DNA from: Callorhinchus milii | Lineage: Eukaryota | DNA length: 64,000 nt | NCBI RefSeq assembly: GCF_018977255.1 | Contig: NW_024704743.1 | Span: 23,252,001 to 23,316,000, forward strand | Direction: 5' to 3' | Shown: in pieces, positions 52,203 to 64,000 of the stretch | Position numbering within the stretch: the first letter of the stretch is position 1 | How the letters are laid out: each line of letters starts with the position of its first letter | The notes under the pieces: model-generated | What the model was told of the DNA's origin: nothing | What the model saw: the letters and a program-made list of their open reading frames with translations, nothing else | Databases searched by the model: none | Position numbers and translations under genes: made by a program

Positions 52203-54380
52203 CAACAACAACAACACAATTACATTTGTAAAGTGTCTTTCACGTCGGAAGAATGTCTGAGTTACGGACACGAGCTGGGGGTAGGGGAGGGTGGAGGGCA
52301 GGGGGGAAGCAGAGAGATCGAAAGCACGGTCAAAGAAGAGGGTCTTGAGATGGGTCTTGAAGGTGGCAAGGGAGGGGGTGAGGCAGAGGGACTGCGGGGT
52401 GGAGTTCCAGAGGGTGGGAGCAGAGTTGTGGAAGGCCCACTTGCCAATGGTGGGGCGAGCGAGGCGGGGACGTGAACCAGGCCAGAACCCGCTGAGCAGA
52501 GGGAACGAACAGGATGGTAGGGGGCTAGGAGGTTGCAGAGGTATGGGGAAGCAAGACCATGGAAGGCTTTGAAGGTGAGGACCAGGATCTTGAACTGTAT
52601 CCTCTGTGTGATAGGAAGTCAGTGCAGTTTGGCAAAGATAGAGGTGATAGGGCCGCAGAGCCTAGTGCAAAAAAGGACACGGGCTGCAGAGTTCTGGATG
52701 ATCTGCAGCCTGTGGAGGGAGGAATTGGGAGGCCGACAAGCAATGAGTTTGCAAAGTCAAACCTCAGTGTACTGAAAGCATGTATGAGGGTTTTGGCGGA
52801 CTGAGGTGTGAGACAGTGGCAGAGCTAAGTGACATTGCGGAGGTGGGGGAAGGCAGAGCAGGTCATGGCGCAGATGTGATGTAGAAAGGATAGGTCTGGG
52901 TCAAACAAGACGCCAAGATTCCAGACTGGTTTAGTAAGGTGGAGTGTGCAACCATGGATGGTGATGCTGCCAGCACCTGAGGTGTGGAGGCGCAGACGGG
53001 AGCCAATCAGGAAGGCTTTGGTCTTGTTGATATTCAACTGAAGAAATTCAGCTCTCATCCAGGATAGTAGTGGTCCTGGAGTTGAAGGTGGAGGCAGAGA
53101 GGTAGAATTGGGTGTCATCTGCATACATGTGGAAGTTGACCCCATGTCTATGGATGATAATAATAATAATAATAACAATCCTTGCATTTGATATAGCGCT
53201 TGTCACATCTTCTAGACGTCTCAAAGCGTTTCACAGAATAGACTGTAAAGTGAATTGACTGTATATTTGTGGGCAAAATGCGGCAGCCAATTGTGCACAG
53301 CAATGTCCCACAAACAGTCATGGATTGAACATGACCAATTTATCATTGTTTTGCTTTCGAGGGATTATCATTAGGCGTGTGGAGTAAGGAAACTTGCCCA
53401 AGCTTCATTCTGCCTGGAATTGAACCCAGTGTCTCGCTTGCAAGGCGAGTGCTCTAACCACTGAGCTACAGGACTCTACGATGTCACCAAGAGGGAGCAT
53501 ATAGATATTGAAGAGGAGGGGACCAAGGACAGAATCCTGAGGAACACCACACAAAATGGTCCAGAGGCTAGAGAAGAAGCCGTTTGTGGAGATGAAGTGC
53601 AGGCAGTGTGAGAGGTACGATCTGAACCAGTTAAGGACAGAGCCATGAAGGTTGAGATGAGAGGAGAGGCGATGGATGAGGATAGAGTGGTTGACGGTGT
53701 CTAAAGCAGCAGAAAGGTCAAAGACGATGAGGAGGCTGAGGGAGCCCTGGTCGCAGATGGACAGAATGTCATTTGTCACTTTGACCAGGGCTGTTTCTGT
53801 GCTGATGGTGGTATGGAAACCCAATTGGAGGGATTCGAGAAGCTGGTGGCGGGAGAGGAAGGAGCAAAGCTGAGAAGCAACAATTCGCTCCATGATCTTG
53901 GAGAGGTTGGACATGAGGCGGTAGTTAGGGAGTAGAGTGGGGATTAGGGAGGTTTTTTAATGATAGGAGTGATGACAGCGATTTTTAATAGGGAACGGTA
54001 GCAGAGGACAGGGAGAGGTTTCAATGTTAGTGAGTAGTGGGGCAAGGAGGCAGAGCTGGAAGGTAAGGAGAGGGGGTAGGGGTGAGGTCGAGGGAGCAGG
54101 TGGTCGGTTTCATATGGGTTATGGTGGTGATGAGAGAGGAGGGGAAGACAGGTTCAAAGGTGTGGAGGGAGGGATGTGTAGGGGCCAGGGTGGGAGGAGG
54201 AGATGGGGAGGGGGTAGCAGATGCAGTGGCAGAGGCAGCTGAGCGGATTCCCTTGACTCTGGATTTGAGAAAGTCCAACATCGTCTCGCAGTTTAGATCA
54301 TTCCTGAAAAGAATAAGAGGCACACAGCATCCCAACGTTAGTAGTAAGGAACTGTGAGTTAAGGAAGCTGACATCCCTTC
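52203..54380 (-). mobile_element. 5'-truncated L2 LINE interrupted by a SINE
   Basis: STETALVKVTND, DLSAALDTV, GVPQDSVLGPLLF; RT continues on the other side of the SINE at 53159-53475; (GTT)n tail at ~52203. Confidence 0.9.
53159..53475 (-). mobile_element. Young tRNA SINE inserted into L2 RT
   Basis: Full family copy with L2 coding sequence contiguous across it. Confidence 0.88.
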
Positions 54381-54579
54381 TTCTGGGTGCCCTCAACGTG
54401 CAGTTTACCTGATCTGTTCGTTTTGAGTCTCAAGTTGATTTGTTTTGTTCACCAACTACAGCTGATGCTGATTTCTTATTCTGTGTTTGCTACAGCACCT
54501 GGGGAGGGGAGGCAAGTTGGGTTTCCTTGGACTGAGCTGAACTGGCTCCGAGGTGACATGCTTGGCAATGGAATGTCGG

Positions 54580-55095
54580 AATCGAGCCGGCCCTCTGTGG
54601 CTGAGGCACGGGGAACCACAGTATACCAGGGCACTGCTGATGACAAGCACAGCCCAGCCTGGCTCATCGGCAGGACTCGAAAGGGCAGTCCAGTCACTGG
54701 GGGTAGGGAGTCATCACACTCAGCTCCTGTTAACCCTGCAAGCCAAAGCCCTGATGGGTAGGATGGTCCTAGCTGGACAAGCAGCGTGAAAGCTTGCCAG
54801 ACAGTGATTTCAATGGCAAGCTATGCGGTTTTAGCCGTTAAGACTCCAGCAATACCCCAACGCACACTCTGGGATCCCCAAGCTTTAGCTCTTGCCAACC
54901 TGTGCCTAATATTTTCCGAAATTAGGAAGCAGGATACATCACTCGAGGGAGAGAGTGTGTAATCCATTCCAACAACCTATCTCTGGGATTTCTATGTTTA
55001 GGTGGGATGCATGGAAATTTCAGTTTGATTTGGATACTTTTAAGTATAGTGATGGGTTTCCACATGCGTCAGACACCCAGGTGACTAAAAAAAAA
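54580..55095 (+). repeat. Unclassified interspersed repeat (copy A)
   Basis: Shares TTAACCCTGCAAGCCAAAGC, GAAAGCTTGCCAG, CTGGGATC, TTTGGATA and TCAGACACCC blocks with 48755-49265 and 3955-4200. Confidence 0.75.
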
Positions 55096-55596
55096 TCATT
55101 GCTATTATAAATGTTTCACAAAACAAGACAATATAAACGCACAAACTGGAGCATAAATCTTTCCGAAACACAGTGAAATATTCACATGCTTTTAAAAGGC
55201 TAAGCGTACCCAAGGTAATTTGGCTTGCATCTATCATCTTGAAAAACAAGCAGTGTTGTCAAGGACAAGTACAAAGGTCTGAAAAATGTCAGTTCCAGAC
55301 TTTGAAGAATATAATAAATTATGAGAAATTGAAACCTTGCTGTATGTTCAACAATTCCAGATGGTGCACATGATTTCATCAACACATCCAGTTTTGCACA
55401 AAATTGTAGCTGGAATATATATTTTAAAATGCCTGCATCAACAAGGGCTAGACTAGATTATTATACTTGGGCAGAGTGTCAATATTTCAGGCAAGGGAGC
55501 ACCCTACCTCATCTATCTCTTCATATATCTATAGAAACAGGAAGAGATCACTCAGCTTGGCTCAGTTGGTAACATTCCTGCCTCTGAGTCATAACC

Positions 55597-56146
55597 ACAA
55601 CAACAACTGGGTGTCTGACACATAGCGTCCTCCACGTAGGGTAGTGTCTCAGAGCGCTTAACAGTGGCGGAGCCTGACTCCGAGCCGGGGGAGGGGGGAG
55701 GTGGCCTTAAGGACTGTCAAACAGGAAAGTTTTTAGGTGAGATTTGAAAGAGGGGAGAGAGGGGGCAAGGCGGAGGGATGGAGGGAGAGTTTTCTAGAGT
55801 TTTGGGACATAGTGACTAAAAGCACGACCTCCGATGGTGGGGCGAAGGGTACGAGGAACGAGCAGGAGGCCGGGTGGTGTATTGAGGAGTGAGGAGGTTG
55901 GAGAGGTAGGGAGATGCCAGGGAGTGAGTGGATTTGAACACAGTGAGGATACTGAAATCAATCCGTTCGGTGATGTGGAGCCAGTGGAGCCTGGCCAGAA
56001 CTGGTGAGATGTGGGTACAGAGTTTAGTCTGGGTCAGTGTGCGGGCAGCAGAGTTTTGAATGAGCTGGATCTTGTGAATGGTGGAGTTGGGATGATCGCC
56101 GAGGAGTGTGTCGGAGTAATCCAAGCAGGAGGTGACAAACGCGTAC
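55597..56146 (-). mobile_element. L2 3' fragment
   Basis: AFVTSCLDYS..QNSAARTL..LHWL; (GTT)n tail. Confidence 0.88.
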
Positions 56147-58305
56147 ACCCCTAACCCCCACCCCTCCCCTCAAACATTGCGACAACGTTTGGTGCTCCAA
56201 GCCATTTTCAAGATTTCAATCATGTAATTTCTGTAGCCTTGAACTGTTGTGATTTTTGTTGCTGATCAGAGTCAAATTCATTTCACCGCTGCTTCAAAGG
56301 ATACTGGCTTCACTCAATCTGAGTCAGTCTGAGTTAAATCCATATCCCGTCATCAAGTGCCACTGGAATATGACCCCCTCCCAATCGCAAACAAAAATGA
56401 AAGCACTGGAATTTTGGGGCTGCTTGTGAAAGCAGTCTTTAGTAATTGATTTGACATTATTTAACACGTGATAACTGAGAAACATCCCAATGGTCAAACC
56501 ATTTTTACTGACAGCACTATTATTACAAATTATTATGTGCTATTTTACACATAAATCCATGCTGTCAGCAACGTTTTGGTGTCCTTTCCCATAATGTACT
56601 CAATTGGCTGCCACGTTTCGCACACAAGATATACCGTCAATGCACTCAAAGACGTCTTAAGCAGCTATATCAAAAGCAAGGATTATTATTATTATAAGCC
56701 TAGACAGTGAGTGCTATTTGATTGTGAAAGGCGTTGAAGTTAATAATAATAATAATAATCCTTGCATTTGATATAGTTCCTTTATCACATGGTCAAAGCA
56801 CTTCACAGAATATACTGTAAAGTGTAATGACTGCGTATTTTGTGGATGAAACACGGCAGCCGATTGCACATAGCAGTGTCCCCCAAACAGAACAAACAGA
56901 CATCTCAATGATGTTATAAGATGCTATATCAAATGTGTGATTATTTTATCATTAGCTTCCAACTGCTGCCCAATACACAAGCTCAGTACAAAACAGGGGT
57001 CAGACAACAATGTGGATTTGTATTGTGCTTTTCACACAGAATGAACATATCGAACTTTCTAGTCTGTAACACTGCACCAGGTGGTGACCTTTAACAGGGC
57101 CTCAGAGGAACTATGGAAGTTATATTGAGGCGTTATTTCACTACAGAAGCAGTCATACTATGATATATGTTTTATGCTGACACTAAAAACAAATCCTCCC
57201 ATATCAGTACTGCAGCAGAGTGTACCATTAAATGTAATAACCATCTGTAAAGTTTAACCTGAAGTAGAGATCAATGAAACTGGATCTTAAAGCATTCAAA
57301 TTTCAACATATTAATCAATACAAGATATGGTCTAAATAATTCCAATTCAGTGCCAGAGCATGTGACATTCTGCTGATTCCAAATAATTCAAGAATCCACA
57401 GGTACATTTGAATATTAGTTGTATCATATTTTAGGCAGTGCTACTGGCACTTCTCCTTCTGTGTTCCAGCTTTCGCGTTCAACAATTTCCATCAAAAAAA
57501 TAAATGGAGGCATTCTTGAGTTGTGGGTCTGCAAGCTCAAAGGACCCTTTGAACTGGAAAAGGTTATCATCAATGTTTTTGAATAGATTCCATTGTGAAA
57601 CCTAAAACTAAGTGCTTGTCTTGGAATGTATTGCATTAAATTATAAATATGGTGGTTAGGAAAATAATTCGCATTGCTCTCTGATTAAGAAATATACTGT
57701 AACATATAAGGCTGACCTGTGACAATTTTGTGAATAAATCTAATAAATACAGGATAAATACACAGGACCTTGCTGCTGTGGAGTTGTCTGTGAGCAACAA
57801 TCTATATCCTTTGCCAAAGTACATGGCCTTCCTTTCAGAAGGGGCATTGAGAACCACAGTAAAGGTCAACCTTCAGTTACAATGAGCTCAGTCATACTAC
57901 TGTGGGGTAGAGTCAAAGCAGAGGAGCATAAGACAAGGCGTCATCATGCACAATCTTCCCTCGTGCTTCTGAGTGGCAGTTCAGAGCATCAACCCTCTCT
58001 CGCTACTTTCAAAGCTCACCTCAAGACCTAATTCCTCTTTAACCAGCTTTTGATTATCTTCTCCCGACCCTATTTAGTGGTCAATATCCCTCCCCCACCA
58101 CAGTCTTAGGTGCCCAGCCAGCCGTGCAAAATGCTTTGAAACATCCCCCCAACCTGATATATAAATGTAAATTGTATACTTGTATTGCAGTATCGATGAA
58201 TGCCTTGGAATATGTATAAATATAACCAGTTCAATTTTTAAATTAACCTTGGCTATACAGCAGGTGTGTATGGAAATCAAGGGACCTGAAGGGAAAACAG
58301 GAACA

Positions 58306-58556
58306 TAATAATAATAATCCTTGCATGTGATATAGCGCTTTTCACGTCGGGAGGACGTCCCAAAGCGTTTCACAGAACACACTGTAAAGTGAATTGACTG
58401 TATATTTGTGGGCGAATGCGGCAGCCAATTGTGCACAGCAATGTCCCACAAACAGTCGTAGATTGAATATGACCAATTTATTATTGTTTTTGGTTTTGGA
58501 GGGATTATTATTAGGCGTGTGGAGTAAGGAAACTTGCCCAAGGTTTCGCCCTGCCC
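58306..58556 (-). mobile_element. Young SINE, 5'-truncated
   Basis: Tail, core and GGCAAGTTTCCTTACTCCACACGCC on the minus strand. Confidence 0.85.
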
Positions 58557-59062
58557 TTCCAAAATGACAAGGAAATGCAGAGCTTCTACTTAATGTGATG
58601 GTGATTCATATTGCTTGTTGAAACAGGCCACTATATCAGGAACAATTTAAAGTACTATTGTCTCTACCCATTAGCAATAACTATTATAACAAGTTAAATA
58701 TACTTAACGCCTTTCATACAGGTTAGCATCTTGGAGCGCTACACAGGTTGGACGCCAAGGGTTAGTAGGTGAATAACGGTACAGCAATAAAGACAAAAGC
58801 ATTCTGGAAATAAGAGCTTCAGAATGTGGCAATCCTTCATATGCTACATTACAGCCAATGCAGAATCAATGAACCACTTTTACGCTGTAAATGTCTATAA
58901 TAATAATAAACCTTGCATTTGATATAGCGCCTTATCGTTGAGACATCTAAAAGCACTTCACAGAATATACAGTAAAGTGACTGTATGTTTTGTGGTTGAA
59001 ACAGGGCAGCCAATTGCGCACAGCAGTTGTGGATTAATGCCAAAGTATGTAGATATGTAGCA

Positions 59063-59133
59063 TGTACGTATGTACGTATGTACGAATGTACATATTTATT
59101 TGTTTGTTTGTTTGTTTGATTATTTATTTATTT
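59063..59133. repeat. Compound (TACG/TATG)n-(TTTG)n-(TTTA)n microsatellite
   Basis: Read directly from the sequence. Confidence 0.85.
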
Positions 59134-59754
59134 AGGATTTTATGATTCCGGTGGGTTCTTATTTCTGAGGAAATGATCACTGCTTGTGAGGAGAGCATCC
59201 AGGATCTCATTTCTCGGCACTGGAACATCTCAGTCCAACATATTCTTTCTGATGTATTATTTTTCATATCCAGACATTACACTGACTGTAACTGCCATTG
59301 ATTCACACTTGCTTCTCACTCAGACCTTCAGTCATCATATCATTAGAGTTTATCTTTCTATGTGGGTGTCACCATCCATGAACTACAGGAAATGTGCTGT
59401 TCCTCATGCACAAAATAATCTCATGAATTTCAAAGAGTAATTTTTTGATGGTGATTACTAAAAATAGAGATCTTTTCACCGAATCTTTATAATGAGATCA
59501 TTATTTTTTTTACAATATGTGTCCTGCCAGCCTACTACACATCAATGCTCCTCCTTTACTGCAGTAAGTTGTGTTGATTCTTTAATCACCAACAGGTCCT
59601 GTGAATGGAACAAGACAGTGTTGATTCTATCCAATAAGCAGTGCTATCCTTTGTACTTCTCTTTAGTTGTTGGGACGTCCTCCTGACGTGAAAGGCGCTT
59701 TATAAATGGAATCTTGTTGTTGTTGTTGTTGTTGTTAAGGTATCCCATCTCCAA

Positions 59755-60135
59755 ACAGGCTCAGTTGGTAGCACTCTCACATTTGAGTCTGAAGGTCTTA
59801 GGTACAAGCTCCATGTCAGGTCTTTGATCTTATAGTCCGGAGTGACACTTCAGTGCAGTGCTGGGGGAACATTGTTGTAGTTGCCAACCCGCAGATGAGT
59901 TATTAAATTGAGGTCCTGTCTGTTGCTTCTCGTGGATATTAAGGATTCAATGACACTATACAACAAAAGAAAAGAGTTTCTGTTGATGTCCTGGCCAACA
60001 ATCCTCCAGATAATATTGGTCACCTGCGTGCAAATTAGCTGTCACTTTCACTTACAAATACAGTCACTATATTTTACACAAAGCACCAGCAAAGTGTTTG
60101 ACATTATAGGCAATGAATCAAATGTAAGGACTGTT
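59755..60135 (+). mobile_element. Old SacSINE1-like SINE
   Basis: GGCTCAGTTGGTAGCACTCTC head and matching body. Confidence 0.7.
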
Positions 60136-60849
60136 TGATTATTGGACAACCCATATCCCTATGCTTAGGAATATTCTATTACTCTATAATATTCAGGTAA
60201 GTTGTTAAACTTAATTTCTACTGGGGAAAAGGACAACCACAAGGCATATAAATAACATAACATATTCACCCTGCCAAGTAGGGTGGTAGCGGCAGTCCAT
60301 TGTAGCTCTCAAGATGGAAATAGATAGGTATATGAAATAAAGAGGCTTGAAGGGGTTTGGGGATAAGGCAGGGATGATGGGCCTGAAGCAATATTCTTGC
60401 TCTGTGACCTGGTGCAGTCTCAATAATAATAATAATCCTTACATTTGATGTAACGCCTTATCATGATGTCAAGATGTCTCAAAGCGCATCATAGAATATA
60501 CTGTGAAATGGATTGATGGGCCGAATGTCCTCCTTCTGTACTGTAGATTTCTATGTATCTTAGCAACAAGTTGCATTTATATAGGGCCTTCAAATATAAT
60601 AGCAGAGCAAATACAAATTATGGATCGAGCTTTAGTTATCATTGAGTTTTTGACATCGCTTTTCATTGCACAACAATACATGGTGTAGAGAAATAGGTAT
60701 CATTGTGTAAGTAGATTTACCAGCAGAGGGATAAAAATTCCAGCAACGAAAATCCTAATAGACATGCAATAATGGGCAACGAAACTGGAACATCTCATCA
60801 TTTTGCAGTCACATGAATATTTTTCACTGCTTTTTTATTGAAGAAATCT

Positions 60850-63400
60850 TCACAAAACTATTGAGACTTGTCAAGGGTTTTTAGTACAACAGGTAATTGA
60901 TTTAGCTGCTCTTGAGAATCTATACAGCGGCCTGCTCTAACATGGTTTTGATTTGAGTCAAATACTTACAATATTAGCAGCCAGAAATTGGAGTTTCTCA
61001 AGAGTGGTTGTTCTCCCCAGTCGCTTATTTCCTGGTGCACTTTTCAAACGTAACTTACAATGGAGCTCCCTGATTGATTTGCGAACAAATCTACTAGAAT
61101 CAGAAAGTCAGGTGATATTATTTGACATCCCTTTTTTATATTTCCCCAAACAGCGGTGAGTTGTTAATTCAGCATAGGTTGGAGTGTTTTGAACCAATCG
61201 GGTAATCCTGTAGAGGTCTAAAGCACCAAAATCTACAATGTTCTTTACCACAACAAATAAAACAAAGGCAGCAGTCTCAATCCTCTTCTTACTGCAACTC
61301 TCCATATCTGTCTACGTCCATCTAGCACACAACATCTACCGCACATTGTACAAATGACTGCACATGAACAATGTGCCAACTGGTTGAGCCAGGAGGCCAA
61401 ATCTTTTTAGCTGGAGGGCATGGGCGTGGTGAAGTACAACAACCCCATCTGCTGGAAGCAAAGCACTATTTCAAACCAACTTGTCACTTCATCTGTGGAC
61501 AAACTAATCACATTACAAATCCCGCACCCACCCCCCACCCTGGTGCCTACACATGTTACCTGGTTCCCTTCTTGGTACCTTGGTACTAAAACAAGACCAG
61601 CTTCACATTAACATTTAGTGTTCACCTTGTGTGAGCTCTAAGTTCATGACACAGTAACTTTATGTCCATACAGGAAAACCAAAGTCTTGCAGTGTTTTGA
61701 ATTATATTGCAGCCTCCCAGAGTTCTGAACTCCTACTCAGTAGTGGGATCCAGATGTTGACTTGACGTTGAGATGTTCTCCCTATCTCCCAGAGACATTT
61801 GCCTTCTCAACTATACAAGAAGATGGAAAGAGAAATCCATCCAACTTGTCTTGTTGCTTAGGTCATCTGCTTCCTGCCATGGCATGAAGCCAATAACCAA
61901 CTATTTCCTCTTAAGAATGTATGAAGAATTCAAGCCGATCCCTTCCAGAGTGCATGCACAGTGTGCTTTCTCCACAATGAACTACTCAAGCAATCTCATC
62001 TCCTGAGAAAGGAAGTGTTCCTCGACCCTTTCTCTCAAGAAAAATCAAGCAAACCACAAACCTGGGTCTCATCTTTTCATCATGCATTATACATATGGGA
62101 CTGGTTCCCTGCCTTGGCTTAACATTTTCAATGTTCCATTAGTTCAGAAACTACCACATTCCACAGAAGCATTTAGTCATCAATCAGAAATCTGTCTAGT
62201 CCTCCACAGAATCACTCAACCAAATGTTTTCACTGTACCAGATGGCAGTCTGTGTCATGATTTAATAATACTAAATATAATGAAGTTATCCCTCTCTGAA
62301 TTCCCTTTTTGGAATTTGACATTGGGTTTCGTACTGCGGAGTTGTACATTCTACTTGTACAATATTCGTTGGTTCATGCATTGATACAATAAGGCTGCCT
62401 GTGCAGTTGTACACGTGAGTTTTGTGACAGTATACTCTTCAGGTTTTATCAGAATGGAATGGAGAGGAGAACTGTCAGGGTAAAGGTATTACATATGAAT
62501 AGGAGCACACCAGTAGGTTTTATTTCATGGTAATTTGCTCTGTATTCCACAGCAATGTACTGTTGTGTGTCTGGGATGGGTCTTGTCAGGAAGTGGAGCC
62601 CAGAACACTGGGTACATTTTAATGTTTCAGGCAGACACCAAATGTCATTCGCTCTAACTAAACTGCATTCTTTGCTAACACCATGCTCCCCAGGACTGAT
62701 TGAACGCATCACAAAGCACATCTTTTGTTTACTGAAATAAGTCTCTTCGTGATTTTAAAATCTTTCCCATGAGAATAAAGCTTTTTCAACCCCTCTTCAT
62801 CACTCGTTCATTCAAACATTTTGATCCCATCCAAATTGTCCTTCTTTGAACTCTCTGTAATGCTGCAATTTTGTTTCATAAGGGTATGGTAAAAACATTC
62901 CTGCAATTCATTGGGACTGTGAAGATGTCTTAAAGATCATTCCCTTCTCTGCTTTGAAAATCTACAAATGTGTATTGTTTTACAATAAATTTACCAACCT
63001 GTGGCTGAGTGTATCCAATTATGAAGCACACATGCCAAAGGTGGATAAATGTATAGATGAGTGAAGAATAACATCAGTGGGCACTGTGCCTGCATTTGGA
63101 ACAGACAGGTTTCCTATGTGAAGATACACTCTTTTGTTGGATTATCAAAAATTCTACAGCATTTTATTTATTGATCATTGTCATTTCTGATATGTGCAGA
63201 AGGATTTGTAACTCATAAACCTTGCAGGGACCCTACCTACTTCAGGCAGACACTCTGAGTCACTGCGCGAACGTTAATTGACACCAATCTCATGACAAGT
63301 GCTGAGAGCCAGCTTCAGCTGCATTTGGATTTCGGGGAGGCTGACACTGAGACTAATGTCTGAGAGGCACTGTGGAAAATGAGCATCAGACATCTAATGG
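60850..63400 (+). mobile_element. Ancient, highly decayed Gypsy-like LTR retrotransposon internal region
   Basis: Scattered motifs in expected order: CHFICGQTNHI (knuckle-like, ~61485), PLVQK..EICL (RT-like, ~62140), KHFDP (tether-like, ~62820). No intact ORF. Confidence 0.4.
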
Positions 63401-64000
63401 ATGCAAGGATTTGCTAACCACAAACCCCAATTTAATGAGGTTTTGTTAATAGCAAATTTTGCAAGCTGCAGAAGAAAGCTTCAGAACATAGGCTGGCTAC
63501 AAATATTTTTGTATTACAGAGGAGACGATGATACCCAGAATATGTCAGCAAACAAAATGGGTGGAGTACTCAGGCACAGTTACAAGCCAGATTTCTCACT
63601 GAATTAGCAAACCATGTTTCTAAGCACTTGGCAAAGAACCAGGTTTTGAAATAAACCTGAAAGTTATTACTTTTCAAATCAGATTGGCTTATGAATTTAC
63701 AAAAACGTACATCTGTTTCCTTTGTGTGTGACGAATAATATCCTGCCCTCCATTCCTTGCTATGCAAGGAACATTCAGAGGTCATTAATGTTCAGACAAT
63801 CTTTTCAACAAGTTTGACTCCTCCAGCTTGTGATGAACAGCTGCATATGAGGGATCTGAAGCAGGGCGGAGAATCCTATAGCTTCAATCCAAGAACAAGC
63901 AAACACACATAGGAAAAGCTAGACAATTCCTGCTCTACTCCAATGTCCATGTCCGGGGAAGCTGTTGGTGACAGTGTAAGCCATATTGAAAAAACAGCAC

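Noticed and set aside
57424..57870. Possible two-exon coding segment on either strand
   Set aside because: Open frames exist but splice sites are weak and no protein family is recognisable.

Overview
AT-rich, repeat-dense vertebrate DNA with no confidently identifiable host protein-coding gene. The repeat content (Deu-domain tRNA SINEs resembling SacSINE1, L2 and CR1 LINEs, Penelope-like elements) suggests a cartilaginous fish, which is an inference. The main feature is an 8.4-kb degraded endogenous retrovirus (17101-25542, + strand, TG...CA ends, TCAC target-site duplication). It carries gag with a CCHC knuckle, protease, RT, two RNase H domains, integrase, and an env that resembles a paramyxo/pneumovirus F fusion protein. 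That combination matches the lokiretrovirus architecture. Also present: a TSD-flanked, apparently full-length single-ORF L2 (6984-10489, -); a solo LTR nested inside a SINE (34236-34989); a Penelope-like RT + GIY-YIG element with minimal hammerhead ribozyme motifs; an ancient Gypsy-like relic; an unclassified three-copy repeat; and several local inverted duplications. Element boundaries were read by eye and are approximate unless a TSD is cited.
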